Assembly (NCBI GenBank): GCA_963825865.1
Contig: CAWGVG010000033.1
Coordinates: forward strand, 66,540-130,539
Source: an uncultured Nitrososphaeraceae archaeon
GTDB lineage: Archaea; Thermoproteota; Nitrososphaeria; Nitrososphaerales; Nitrososphaeraceae
Direction: 5' to 3'
DNA: 64,000 bases
The notes beneath the pieces were generated by a model, which searched no databases, was not told where the DNA came from, and saw only the letters and a program-made list of their open reading frames with translations. Each line of letters opens with the position of its first letter. Position 1 is the first letter of the stretch. Both the position numbers and the translations under genes were made by a program. This document shows positions 1-11,612 of the stretch, one piece after another.

Positions 1-1
1 T

Positions 2-76
2 CTTGGCAGGATTACGGTTATTCTTTCAGTAATAATACTGTTGCTTGCAGCATTACTTCACAACGGTGGCTTATAA
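2..76 (+). CDS. 3' end of a probable membrane protein (starts before the window)
   Basis: Frame from nt 2 reads LGRITVILSVIILLLAALLHNGGL then TAA; hydrophobic C-terminal helix. Confidence 0.5.
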   Translation, partial: LGRITVILSVIILLLAALLHNGGL

Positions 77-120
77 CTAACATAATTTTAAATATGGTTT
101 TTAACAGATTTCTGTACTAG

Positions 121-182
121 GTGATGAAACTAACCTGCGCCGATCGCTTATTCAGCGAGATGAGGATATGCACCTCGTCTGA
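121..182 (+). ncRNA. Archaeal C/D-box 2'-O-methylation guide sRNA
   Basis: Box C GTGATGA 121-127; 12-nt guide; D' CCGA 140-143; hairpin TCGCT/AGCGA; C' ATGAGGA 160-166; 12-nt guide; box D CTGA 179-182. Confidence 0.75.
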
Positions 183-188
183 AAGACA

Positions 189-273
189 TACATTCACACA
201 TACACACACATACATACAAATGTACAAATGTACAAATGTATACACATAATTCATTCAGCGTGTTGTGAATGTA
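189..273. repeat. Low-complexity CA/TACA tract with 3x TACAAATG, bounded by a 10-bp inverted repeat
   Basis: TACAAATG at 215, 223, 231; TACATTCACA 189-198 and TGTGAATGTA 264-273. Confidence 0.7.
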
Positions 274-293
274 CGTGCATACCAAAAAAGGCT

Positions 294-962
294 TCACTGC
301 TTCATTATAGACGATATGGCTTTAGAAATTTCAGAATTTCCCAGTAGTAACACTACAGAATGGTCTTTCGTTTTCCTAGACGGATTTAATGCAATAATAT
401 TTAGTTGACCGTCAATCAAAAATTCTAATTGTGTTGAATGCCTTGTAACATTTACATTTCTGATTCCAAATTTTTTTTTAATTAGACTTTCGGGATTTCT
501 TTGATCGAGCAGTGTTAGTTTATGCACTGCATCTATGAATGAATTGAGTAATATGAAGAGAGGCTCCGCATGTGGATATTTTTCTGTGACTACGCCCCAT
601 TTAACTCTATTTTCTGGTAATGAAGTCAAATTATCAAAACTTTTTACAAATTCTGCGAATACAGATTCAACAGTAACATCAATTGCATGCTCGTTGAATC
701 TAACAAATTGCGAGCTGACCTTTTGCTCTGTAAATTCTATTCCTCTGTATTTGATATACATCATAGGTTGGCCGTATTTTACAATATATACTTCACAACC
801 TGCTATTTGTTTAGCCAAACCTACAAAATAGTTTCTCGACAGTTTGCTCTTAAACGGAGAATTCATCTTTGAAATTATCATGAATTTGATTAAATCATGG
901 ATAAATTCGTCTGCATATTTACGAAATTCTTTGAAATCATAACGTATCTCTTCTATTACCAA
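294..962 (-). CDS. Hypothetical protein
   Basis: 222-aa ORF, no recognised motif. Confidence 0.7.
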   Translation of the reverse strand: MVIEEIRYDFKEFRKYADEFIHDLIKFMIISKMNSPFKSKLSRNYFVGLAKQIAGCEVYIVKYGQPMMYIKYRGIEFTEQKVSSQFVRFNEHAIDVTVESVFAEFVKSFDNLTSLPENRVKWGVVTEKYPHAEPLFILLNSFIDAVHKLTLLDQRNPESLIKKKFGIRNVNVTRHSTQLEFLIDGQLNIIALNPSRKTKDHSVVLLLGNSEISKAISSIMKQ

Positions 963-1359
963 ATGATTGTACTGTCCAATACATCCAACACATATATGAA
1001 AGACGTTCTATATTTTTGTCTGCTTAGTAAATATTAATTTAGCACAACGCATGGTTATTCGTTAAAAAGATAAACATCCTAGGTTTTCTGCCTATCGTCT
1101 TGAGATTTTACTAAATCTAATATACGATGTATGTCTTATATGAGCCTATCCTATCATCATTGAATGTTTTTCCTTCATTCCTTAGTTGAGGTTTTATTCC
1201 CTCAAAAGGCGTAAAGGAAAATGCAGTTTATTATAAATGAGAAGATATAAAAGTTCACTGAAAAGATGCGTGGCTGCAATTATTAATTTCGAACGTGAGG
1301 ATCATTAGTTAAAATGAGTCAAAAATAAAATTATGCGATAAGAACGAAAAATTAACGTT

Positions 1360-2157
1360 CTACTCCTTGATAAAATTTGTCACAGTTTTATTAAATAATA
1401 ACGGTTTACTGATAAAAGGCACATGGCCACAATTCTCAATTAGAATTATTCTACAGTTTTTCATCCTTACGAAGAGCCCGATGTATTTTACAGGAATAAT
1501 TTGATCATCCTTCCCCCAAATTAAGAGTGTATTTGCTTTGATTCTATCTAAACGCCTACTTAACCTTGGCGCATTAGCACTGCCTTTAAACGCAGAAATA
1601 AATGCCTCTTTGGCTCCAGGCATGGACAATCTATGATAAAATTCTTGTGCATAGGCATCTTTAACAATATTATTATTATCTATAGAAGAGAGGACCTTTT
1701 TCACCTCTTGTACAGATTTCGCTTTTATAATACCAATATATTTACGCAGATCATTTGTTCCTTTATATGATACAGACGGTGCACCTGCTGGGCTTATGAG
1801 AACAAGTTTAAAAACTAACACAGGATGGTTTATTGCAACTTCTGCTGCAATATGACCACCGAGAGAGCAGCCAACGATAGACAGCGAAGAACCTATTTTC
1901 AAACTCCTGATGAAATTTGCAATGAATTTTGTATAAAAATTGATAGTGTAATTTATTTTTGGCTTGTCGCTAAGACCAAAGCCAGGGAGGTCAACTACAA
2001 TTACTCTAAGTTCTTCAGCTGAAATTGCACTTATATTATTAATCCAGCTTTCTATCGAACCCCCTAAACCATGAAGTAACAATACAGGGCTGCCTTTGGA
2101 TTGAGTATCATGATAACGAACGCGAAGGTTATCTATATCCAAGTATTGGAAATCCAA
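1360..2157 (-). CDS. Alpha/beta fold hydrolase
   Basis: LLHGLGG, DLPGFG, nucleophile elbow GCSLGG, WGKDD acid and CGH catalytic His. Confidence 0.9.
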   Translation of the reverse strand: MDFQYLDIDNLRVRYHDTQSKGSPVLLLHGLGGSIESWINNISAISAEELRVIVVDLPGFGLSDKPKINYTINFYTKFIANFIRSLKIGSSLSIVGCSLGGHIAAEVAINHPVLVFKLVLISPAGAPSVSYKGTNDLRKYIGIIKAKSVQEVKKVLSSIDNNNIVKDAYAQEFYHRLSMPGAKEAFISAFKGSANAPRLSRRLDRIKANTLLIWGKDDQIIPVKYIGLFVRMKNCRIILIENCGHVPFISKPLLFNKTVTNFIKE

Positions 2158-2712
2158 TTTTGTTGTTTGACTTTAATATTTTTATGCATATAAAATAGTT
2201 TTCTCTTCTATAATAATTGGTCTTGGACATTTGTATTATTGTACGATATAACTAAGGTTTACTAGGAATAATCAGTCTGTATTTTTGATTGATATTAGAA
2301 TCTCTTCTGACGTTTAAAACACGCGAGCGATTGCTCCGTGCTGATGCTTCTGTTTATGGTTGTCATCTTAAGCTTATATCATAATGAAAACAACAAAAGA
2401 AATCTCTGCAATAGCAACCGAAACCACACTCTTGACATAAAGGTCACAACACTTTATATGCTCATATATTAATTTGAAAATTTTTTTTAAGAAATATGAT
2501 AACAGTAATTTGTTGTTAATCTGATATAGATTGTATTGAATAAAGGCAAAGCCATGTGATATCTATTTGTGGTTTTGGGGCGAAAGCTGATGAACTGGTA
2601 ATTCATTAATTAAAAATGATAGTCGAAAACCAATATCAACTTAGTAAAAGAATCAAATAGCCGAACAGGCGAAATCCTATTTATTTATTCTCATTGTTAA
2701 TTTTAGTATCTT

Positions 2713-3759
2713 TTATTTTCTTGCTTTCACAAGTACAAATACCGCTACTGCACCCATCATTCCGCCCAATACCAGTAACACTTGCAATGGAAATGATCCT
2801 GTTGCAGTGGCGGTTCCTTCAGGAGCCTGTGTAGAAACAAATGCAAGCTCGCTGTTACCGGATTTCTGTATCTTTGAGAATCCAGCAATTTGCAACTGGG
2901 CACTAGGTGGAGGAGTTGAAGAATGGACTTGAATTTGGGAATTATCTACTGTTGCTGTTGCATCTGATGTCTTTTCCGTAAAAGTGCCTTCCCTGAAACT
3001 GCTTTCCCCTATTGAATAAACGGAAACTGCCCTGGCTCCTCCTTGTTCTATATAGCCTGAACCTGCTGAACCAGCTACACTACCTGTTGGATCAAATAGG
3101 AAGTGCCACCTATCCATTGGTATTCCGATATCTTGGAAGTTAAATAATGGATCTTTCATTATTGCCGAAGCTTGAGAATTTAAAAATGCTTGCGCTAAAT
3201 CTGGATGTATAGATTGAATCAAGCCAATTGGGTAATTGACACTTATCTTGCCATACTTTGGCGCATCTACTACCAACGGATCATTAATCACTATACTCCT
3301 CCAATCTATATCTACAACTGTTAGACCTTGTTGCGCATTTTTCTGAAGTACAAACTTGGAAATCGTTGGCTTAAAATCTACTTTGTAAGAAAGTATAGCA
3401 TTATCTGGTTGGCCTAAGATATCAGCCGAGTATGATAAGCTTGCGTTATTAATTGGTCCTGGGCTTTGCTTTTGGGTCGCAATCGCTTTATTGAAAGCAG
3501 ATATGACCTCAGACATTCCCCCTGCTGTTCCATTCACGGTAAATGTCACATGTTCACTTTTCCCATTAAATAATTTAGATATTGGGCTTCCGGGATTGTA
3601 CTTTAATGAAATGAATCTGACACCACTAAACTCCGGTTGGGAAACATCAGCAGAAGGTATTAGAACTGCGGTCATTTGCACAGCAAAAGCCTGAGAAACA
3701 AAACTCGAAAATAAAATTATAGTTAGAATAGCAGAGAAAAGGGCTCTCCTAGCTTCCAC
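2713..3759 (-). CDS. Secreted, C-terminally membrane-anchored hypothetical protein
   Basis: N-terminal signal peptide ending AFA; C-terminal TM helix followed by KARK. Confidence 0.8.
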   Translation of the reverse strand: MEARRALFSAILTIILFSSFVSQAFAVQMTAVLIPSADVSQPEFSGVRFISLKYNPGSPISKLFNGKSEHVTFTVNGTAGGMSEVISAFNKAIATQKQSPGPINNASLSYSADILGQPDNAILSYKVDFKPTISKFVLQKNAQQGLTVVDIDWRSIVINDPLVVDAPKYGKISVNYPIGLIQSIHPDLAQAFLNSQASAIMKDPLFNFQDIGIPMDRWHFLFDPTGSVAGSAGSGYIEQGGARAVSVYSIGESSFREGTFTEKTSDATATVDNSQIQVHSSTPPPSAQLQIAGFSKIQKSGNSELAFVSTQAPEGTATATGSFPLQVLLVLGGMMGAVAVFVLVKARK

Positions 3760-4026
3760 ATAAAAGCTCTCCTATAACCTGTTTATAATCTTTTTTGAAT
3801 GAGCTCCCGACAAGTGTTAAGATTAGAGTTAATATAAATGACTTTCGACAGATTTTAGAATTTTCATTCATTTGTTTGTATCTTCTAGAGATTATGACGA
3901 ATCTCACACCCGCGATCAGAAAGCGATTTAGGAATCAAGTGAAAATGATGCAAAGATTGTTGGAACATTTATGTATACTATAATTCCGAAAATTATATAC
4001 ATTGTAGCACTGTATAAATTTTAACT

Positions 4027-4950
4027 TTGATTACGGTTTTAGCAGGTGGAACTGGTTCAGTAAAGTTAATTCGCGGGCTCGCGTCACAGAGTAGAGAGCT
4101 CACAGTTATTTCCAATATAGGTGATAATATCTGGCTTCATGGGTTGTATGTTTGTCCTGATATTGATACATTACTCTACGGTTTGGCGGACCTACTTGAC
4201 AACGTGCAGGGATGGGGTATTAAAAATGATTCATTTGGTTTCCTTCGTCAAATGGAGATGCTAGGAGAACAAACGTGGTTTAGGCTTGGTGACAGAGATT
4301 TAGCCACTCATTTATTGCGAACTAATATGCTAAAGAACGGTAAAAGTCTATCAGAAATTACCGAGTGGCTAAGAAATAAGTATACAATTTCAACAAAAGT
4401 CATACCTGCAACAGATAATGCTATTGAAACGAAAATCATAACAGATCAAGGAGAAATGCATATCCAAGAATTCTGGGTTAAACATAGGGGTGAACCTAAA
4501 GTTATGGATATCATTTACGATGGTGCAAACAGATCAAGGATTAACCCTGAAGCAATTCATGCTCTAAAACGTTCGAAGATAATTATAATCGCACCAGCAA
4601 ATCCAATTACTAGCATAGGTCCAATGCTTGCGATAAAAGGGTTTAAAAAAGACCTAATTACTGAAAGGAAAAAAATCGTTGCAATTTCCCCTCTAATCGG
4701 AGACAAGGCTGTAAGTGGACCAGCAGTCAAGTACATGCAGGCTTTGAAGATACAAAATTCTCCGCTTGGAGTTGCAGAATATTATTCTGACTTCATAAGT
4801 ACATTTGTTATATCAAGGAGTGACAGTAATTTATCATTAAAGATACAGGATATGGAAATTAAAGTATATGAAACTGATATCCTAATGAAAGACAGTGCAG
4901 ATGAAAACCGTTTGGCATCATATCTAATAAAGCAACTCAAAAGTTTCTGA
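4027..4950 (+). CDS. cofD: 2-phospho-L-lactate transferase (F420 biosynthesis)
   Basis: ITVLAGGTGSVKL, CPDIDTLLY, WFRLGDRDLATH, NPITSIGP motifs; adjacent to cofC. Confidence 0.93.
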   Translation: MITVLAGGTGSVKLIRGLASQSRELTVISNIGDNIWLHGLYVCPDIDTLLYGLADLLDNVQGWGIKNDSFGFLRQMEMLGEQTWFRLGDRDLATHLLRTNMLKNGKSLSEITEWLRNKYTISTKVIPATDNAIETKIITDQGEMHIQEFWVKHRGEPKVMDIIYDGANRSRINPEAIHALKRSKIIIIAPANPITSIGPMLAIKGFKKDLITERKKIVAISPLIGDKAVSGPAVKYMQALKIQNSPLGVAEYYSDFISTFVISRSDSNLSLKIQDMEIKVYETDILMKDSADENRLASYLIKQLKSF

Positions 4951-4952
4951 TA

Positions 4953-5609
4953 TTGGAAATATTTGCTATTGTACCTGTAAAACGGTTTGAAAACGGGAAA
5001 TCAAGGCTGGCAACATTACTAACTATAGCCGAACGCATTAAACTATGTGAATTATTACTTTGCGATACGCTAGGTACCTTGAAAAAAACATCCATGATAT
5101 CCGAAGTCATAGTAGTTTCAAGTGATATGCATGCCGAGAAAATTGCAGAAATGTATGACGCAAAATTTTTGAAACAGAATAAAGATAGCGGAGTTAATGA
5201 GGCAGTTGCTTTCGCTGATGATTACTGTTCTGAAGCTAGAGCAGCTGCTACAATTGTGATTCCACAGGATCTACCTCTGCTTCTACCTGAAGATATAGAT
5301 ATTATGTGTAGATCCTCAGAAGATTATAAAAAATGTCTGGTTATATGTCCATCACTCAGATATGATGGCTCCAATGCGCTATTACGAAAGCCCGCGCTAC
5401 TGCTGCAGACACAGTATGATAATAATAGCTATCAGACTCACCTCAAATTGGCTAATGAACTAGGAGTGAATGTTATGATAGTTCTGTCACAAAGAATAAT
5501 GATGGATCTCGACACGGCTGAAGATGTACAAAACTTGATAAAAGAATCAAGTACACACAAATCTGTTATGTATTTAAAGTCTAAGAGTACAATAGGCTGG
5601 TTTAACTAA
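4953..5609 (+). CDS. cofC: 2-phospho-L-lactate guanylyltransferase
   Basis: AIVPVKRFENGKSRL, PQDLPLL, DGSNAL, DLDTAEDV motifs; 2 bp after cofD. Confidence 0.9.
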   Translation: MEIFAIVPVKRFENGKSRLATLLTIAERIKLCELLLCDTLGTLKKTSMISEVIVVSSDMHAEKIAEMYDAKFLKQNKDSGVNEAVAFADDYCSEARAAATIVIPQDLPLLLPEDIDIMCRSSEDYKKCLVICPSLRYDGSNALLRKPALLLQTQYDNNSYQTHLKLANELGVNVMIVLSQRIMMDLDTAEDVQNLIKESSTHKSVMYLKSKSTIGWFN

Positions 5610-5689
5610 TATTGATAGACTGTTGATCTTGACTTAGGAGCAAGAGTTATATGAATTAATTAAAATATCAGAGAATTTCAGTTTCTTTA

Positions 5690-6331
5690 ATGCATGCTGA
5701 GCTGTTGGCAAGGGCTATATCAGGAATATCGCCAAATACTACGTTTGATGAATTCCGCTCCAGCTCGGGAATTGTTAGCGAGTCTGTTGCAAAGGATGTT
5801 CTACAATTTTTAAATATTCATAGTATAGGCTCAGTTTCGCCAAGTGTAATACTATTTTCAAAATCCGATCGGCTGAAAACAGCAATTGTAGCTTTGAGTA
5901 TGGGATATGACATAGAAAGAATATCAAAGAAATTAAACTGGAAAGATTTTGAAACATTGGCTTCAGACGTATTACATTTGCTAGGTTATGTAACTGAAAC
6001 TAATGTACGTTTCACAAAACCACGAACTGAAATTGATGTAATTGGAGTTAATTCAAAGTTTGCCATTGTAGCCGATTGTAAGCATTGGAAGAGAACTAAT
6101 ATATCATTGATGAGAAGCTATGTTAAAAAACAAGTGAAAAGAACAGAGCTGTTGCTCAATTATAGAAAAAATAATAATATAACTTCTGCAGTTCCTATTT
6201 TATTGACTCTACACTGCGAAAGAGTTCAAATGATAGACAAAACTCCTATTGTGCCGATCAGCAAGTTTAAATCTTTCGTACAGGACGTTCAAAATCATCT
6301 GCCAGACATTCATGTAATCCCAACTTTATAA
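5690..6331 (+). CDS. Mrr-like PD-(D/E)XK restriction endonuclease domain protein
   Basis: LNWKDFE...EIDVIG...ADCKHW motif. Confidence 0.8.
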   Translation: MHAELLARAISGISPNTTFDEFRSSSGIVSESVAKDVLQFLNIHSIGSVSPSVILFSKSDRLKTAIVALSMGYDIERISKKLNWKDFETLASDVLHLLGYVTETNVRFTKPRTEIDVIGVNSKFAIVADCKHWKRTNISLMRSYVKKQVKRTELLLNYRKNNNITSAVPILLTLHCERVQMIDKTPIVPISKFKSFVQDVQNHLPDIHVIPTL

Positions 6332-7274
6332 TCGAAAAAAGCGTTATGTGATTTTATGGTTAATTGAAAGGGGATGAATAGTTGACAATATGCTGATTAT
6401 TATGATGTTTTTCTAATACATGATTAAAATTTATAAAATCCAACTTTTGTAGCAAATAGATTGTACATGACAAAATTAAATTGTCATGTACATCAAGATT
6501 AAATGCTGCTCCGACGGCAAACAGCGTAAATAAGTAAAATAAGCTCAGGTACTATCTGCCTTCTTCGTTAATTAAAGTCACAATAAACATAATCATCCTT
6601 GGGAACATACATCATATTCCAACCGTATACGTAAATCTCTGTGTATTTCAATTACCAATAACGAAGAAATCTTTAGATCTAAAAGCAAGTCATTATTAGG
6701 TGGTTGTGGGCTATGATTGACTACACTTAACTATTATTCAAATATAACGTAAATGCGACTTACAATCACGCTGAAGATACTAAATATCATGAGAATTGAA
6801 AATGCTTCCATAATCATGCTTATGTGGGAAATTACTTCCAATCTGTAGTCAAATAGGCTTCGGTTAATATAACTGAATCACCAATCTATCATATCTTCGC
6901 TATATTTGATAAAACACTCTGTGTTATGGTTGAAGAAGCAAAGGAGAACAGAAAGATCCTATACAAAAAGTTGCTCTGATTTTTAAAAATTGAATTGGGT
7001 GATAACAATAATACTCGCTCAATCTGAAGGTTTGCGCACTAAATTCCGAAAAATATAAAGCCTGAAGGTATAGAGGATGCTTTACCTTCAACCGGAATCT
7101 CACTAGTATGTGCTTAGAAGTCAAAAGGGCCTGCTACAAAAAAGGATACGTGATACAATAATAACTCGTAAATTACAGCTCAAAGGTGCTTTGAGTATTA
7201 CTATTATTTGATCATTAACTTAAAAGAATTGTCTAGCCCTTTTATATCATAAATAAATATCAAAGCCAATACAA

Positions 7275-7628
7275 ATGCAAAAACAAAGACCTTTAGGCGT
7301 TACAATTATTGCAATACTCACCATAATTGGCGGAATTGGCTTTATTACTAGTGGAGTCGGAGCAATAACAATTGCACATCTTTTTGGAGCAGGTATCGGT
7401 GGGGCACTAGTAGCAATTGGGATAGCATATTTTGTTATGGCTTATGGTTTATGGAAGGGGAAAAGATGGGCCTGGACAATAACATTGATACTTTCAGCGA
7501 TAGGAATTATACTGGGTATCGGTTCAATTGCCAGCGGAAATGTCGGAGCAATATTTCATATAATTATAAACGCAATAGTTATCTATTACCTGTACAGGCC
7601 AAATGTTAAAGCATTCTTCGGTAGGTAA
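7275..7628 (+). CDS. Small integral membrane protein
   Basis: RPLGVTIIAIL start, about 4 TM helices, YLYRPNVKAFF end. Confidence 0.75.
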   Translation: MQKQRPLGVTIIAILTIIGGIGFITSGVGAITIAHLFGAGIGGALVAIGIAYFVMAYGLWKGKRWAWTITLILSAIGIILGIGSIASGNVGAIFHIIINAIVIYYLYRPNVKAFFGR

Positions 7629-8057
7629 AACCCTATATGTACGCACTTATGACTTGGCTTCATGATTTGATTCTATCGTCCAATATTGGAAACATCATAA
7701 AACAGTTACGGTATGAAATATGTGTACCAAAATCAAGTTAGATTTAGATTCTACAACAACTGGCTATTGCATGGCTTCTTAATTCGGATTCTAACACAAT
7801 AAAAGGTGATTAACATTTAGATTAAAAAATATAATACTGTTATAATCACATCAGATACATATACTTTCATTTCACTCTATTTTTCAATTTTTTCGTCAAC
7901 TGGACTGGACTGACGGTTGTATCAGCAGTCCAAATTAGTCAGTATTACGTGACGTTCTGGCTATCCATTATCACACATAGTATTTGAAATAACAAGGAAT
8001 ATAGAGAATTAAAGTTTTCTTTATAAATTATAAGGAGTATCTCCAGTAATATTCTCG

Positions 8058-9092
8058 TTGTCATTGTTAATGATTCGTAAGTCTTGGGTGGTTTTTGTTT
8101 ATGCTATTGCCATATCAATGGAATCTATCATTATTGAATATTTAACAACCTCCTCTGTTCACTTTTCTCCAATAATGCTTTCAGCCATAAGCATAACATC
8201 TGCGGGAATAATGTTGTTGCTTGTGGCTGCTTTTATCTTTAAAAAGAAGAAAGAAATACTAATCCTTTTCATTAAATCGTGGAAAATTCTCATTCTTGCA
8301 ACTTTGTCGCTTTCGTTAGGAGTATTTACATGGTATGATTCCATTAACAAAATAGGTGCATCAAAAGAGGTTCTTATTGCTGGACCGCTTGAAATAGTCT
8401 TCATAGTTGTTTTAGCACGAGTATTCTTGAACGAGAGATTGAATGGATTTCATTTTATTGGCATCACTATGGCGCTAATAGGATTCTTTATGGCTGTTGC
8501 AAGTGGTGCTAATATCGGTGATGTTGCTGATAATATTGGCACAATCAATACAAAATCAGCACCTTCGTTATCAGCAATAATTAGCTTTGGGGATATAGAG
8601 GCAATTCTTTCTGCGTCTGGTTTTGCAATTGGAGTCCTTTTTCTTAGTAAACTCGTCTTAAAGCATTCATCGATAGAGGTGGCAGGGGCATCTATGTTTA
8701 CTTCGGGTTTAATTCTGGTTGGTTTTATGATTCTTGGATTATTCTGTGGTTCCTTTCATGTAGGGTTATCTTCAAATGAAGAATCCTTATTGCGACAACC
8801 ATCAATAGTTACTGTTATTAGCATCTTGTTCTTGTTTTCATTAATTCCATTTATCGGCTCTTTGTCTTATTCTACTGGCTTAAGTAAAATCGGAGCATCC
8901 CTTACAGCAACCATAGGGTCTTCCAGTATTTTAATCACAATCACCATTCAAATAATTTTAAAAGAATTAGGATTTACCAGTCGATTACCTGAAAACATGT
9001 TTCTTGCGATTTTAGGAGGTATAGTAGGATTTTTTGGTATATATTTAATTCATATGCCTGGCTTTCTTATTCCTATAACTAAGAGAATATAG
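8058..9092 (+). CDS. DMT/EamA family transporter
   Basis: About 10 TM helices in two repeats; LARVFLNERL and KIGAS motifs. Confidence 0.8.
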   Translation: MSLLMIRKSWVVFVYAIAISMESIIIEYLTTSSVHFSPIMLSAISITSAGIMLLLVAAFIFKKKKEILILFIKSWKILILATLSLSLGVFTWYDSINKIGASKEVLIAGPLEIVFIVVLARVFLNERLNGFHFIGITMALIGFFMAVASGANIGDVADNIGTINTKSAPSLSAIISFGDIEAILSASGFAIGVLFLSKLVLKHSSIEVAGASMFTSGLILVGFMILGLFCGSFHVGLSSNEESLLRQPSIVTVISILFLFSLIPFIGSLSYSTGLSKIGASLTATIGSSSILITITIQIILKELGFTSRLPENMFLAILGGIVGFFGIYLIHMPGFLIPITKRI

Positions 9093-9466
9093 CTGACTTA
9101 AGAGACATCTTTATTTTTGTTTAGTTTACTGAATTAAATAAGGATCTCAAATTTGATTCACATCCTAAGAGAAGTTGTGTTATAATAGACTCTTCAGCAG
9201 CAAATAATATGCTGTTTATGGTATCGCTTACTGTACAAAAATACAGTGGAGAATTTGTAGCCAAATTTAGTCAGGAAAAGTTCGCTAGCTCTACTGAAAA
9301 AACAGTTTTAGAAATTATAGCTGAGATCTGGCAAAAAAATAAAAAATAACGAGCTGATAACTTAATTATTTGTTAGTAAGATGTTGATAATCAGCCATCT
9401 CATAATTACACGCATATATTGCATAGAGATGAAGTGACCATACTGTCTTGAGGCAGCATAGATTCT

Positions 9467-10847
9467 GTGGTTGACAATCATATGGACGATGTTATCATGG
9501 ATCTTCAAACCTTAATCAGACAGCCAAGCGTTTCTGCAAAACAGGAAGGTCTGTTTGACTGTGCTGAGCTTGTTTCACATATAATACAAAGAGCTGGAAT
9601 TAAGACAGAATTGCTTCATCTTACGGATCTTAAAGCTATGGATGTTCCTGTTCATATTGCCCCACCTATAGTTTATGGCGAAGTCAAATCCAAGTCAAAT
9701 CCAAATGCAAAGACCATATTATTTTATAATCATTACGATGTTCAACCAGTAGAGCCAATAGAATTATGGAACGTAGACCCTTTCAGTGGTAAAGTCGAAG
9801 GTAACCACATTTTTGGACGTGGAGCTGCAGATGATAAAGGCGAGTTAATTACTAGAGTTAAGGCAGTAGAATATTGTCTTAAGGAGTTTGGAGACGTGCC
9901 ATGTAACATTAAATTTATTGTAGAAGGTGAGGAAGAAATAGGAAGCACACACCTAATGGAATATCTCAATTTATATTCGAATAAATTCAAGTGCGATGGA
10001 ATCATATGGGAAAGCGGGTTTGTTGATACCAAAAATCGACCTATTATTTCTCTAGGTCAAAAAGGCATTCTATCTGTTGAGATTGGTGTAAATGGTCCAT
10101 GTAGAGATGCTCATTCTAGCTTGGCAGTTCTAATCGAAAATCCCGCTTGGAAGCTCGTCAGGGTATTGAATGGTTTAAGAGATAATAGTGGAAAAATCTC
10201 GATAAATGGATGGTATAAAGAAGTAAAGGATTTTACGGATGAAGAAGTTTCTCTGATGAATAAAGAATCATTTGATGAGGAAGCATTGAAGGAGGAATAT
10301 GGCATAACAAGTTTTATCAATGACGCTAAAGGTATAGATGTGAAGAAGGCTTTTGCTGGAAATCCAACATGCAATATTTCTGGATTACTATCAGGATATA
10401 TCGAAGGTTCAAAAACCGTTATTCCAGCAAAAGCTTTAGGAAAACTCGACTTTCGCCTTGTTCCTGACATGGTTCCTGAACTACAATTTAACCGTCTCAA
10501 AGAACATGGATTTGTGGAAAAGAAGGATGACAGTGATACTGATGATTGTAAGGTAGAAATAAGATTTCTAGAGGGAGAACCAGCATCTCGAACTCCAGTA
10601 ACTCATCCATTTGTAAATGTTGTTAGAGAGGCGAGCAATAAAAGTATACGGTGATGCAATTATTAATATATCATCAGCTGGTACAGGACCAATGTATTAT
10701 TTTGATAAAATGCTACATGTACCTTCTGTTTGTATAGGAGGCACAGATCTGTCTAATAGATCTCATTCACCAAATGAATATATGAGAATTGATAGGTTGA
10801 ATAAAACCATAAAATGTATTGCAGTTATTTTAGAAACCTTCGCATGA
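9467..10847 (+). pseudogene. M20 family metallopeptidase/deacylase, frameshifted near 10640
   Basis: HYDVQP, GRGAADDKG, EGEEEIGS; C-terminal HSPNE motif lies in a second frame (10617-10847). Confidence 0.85.
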
Positions 10848-11036
10848 TATACAATAAGATCTTAAAGCAACTGCAAATAAAGGAGAAGAATGATAGGCAA
10901 GTCGCAAGTATTTTTCCCTTAATCATACCTTTAAAGACAAGGGTTTCAGCATATCGCTTATCAATAGTATGTTAGTATCATCTTCACTAACATACAATAT
11001 GACGACAAGACACTGTTATTATATCTGGGTATATAC

Positions 11037-11375
11037 ATGGTCAGTAGAGTGATTGATTGTAGTTTCCCAACTAAAGAAGAACTTGATAGAATTGGGATGA
11101 AAAAAAGGTTGAATTTGTTTAGACGTTATTTTGCTGCCAGCCGTTACAATAGATTGTTAATCCAACTATGCTTGATTAGGTCTGCTTACGATGAATCAGT
11201 TATTTCTAGGGCGAAAGAGATTGAGAGGTTGCATAACCTAGATTTTATTAATAAGGTGAAAACTGTGAAGGAATATGGGTTTCTAGATGAATTTGTGGAT
11301 GGAGTAAAGGAAGAGGAACAGGCGTTACAAAAGATAATCGAAGCATATGACAAACGAATGGACCATTCTTCTTAA
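11037..11375 (+). CDS. Hypothetical protein
   Basis: 112-aa helical ORF with ATG start and AT-rich upstream region. Confidence 0.7.
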   Translation: MVSRVIDCSFPTKEELDRIGMKKRLNLFRRYFAASRYNRLLIQLCLIRSAYDESVISRAKEIERLHNLDFINKVKTVKEYGFLDEFVDGVKEEEQALQKIIEAYDKRMDHSS

Positions 11376-11612
11376 TCAAATTATTCGTTCTTCTTTCCCT
11401 GCTAATCGGTATGCTACTTCTGCATCATAAGTACTATATATTCAACTCCCATCACTCAAAGAAGGTTCTCATACAGCAACATTATAGTTTATGCTAATCT
11501 TCTCACATGTGAAATATACATAAAACAATTTGAACTTTCCATTTCGCAATAAACATTTTGCTGGAGCAAAAGAGATGAACATTTCATTCTATGAGGAAGA
11601 TACCCATCAGTC

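Noticed and set aside
2570-2632. Hammerhead-like CTGATGA (2587) ... CGAAA (2624) enclosed by a TGGTTTT/AAAACCA stem
   Set aside because: Stem I cannot form between the putative cleavage site and the core, and the stem II closing pair would be A-C; at best a degenerate structure
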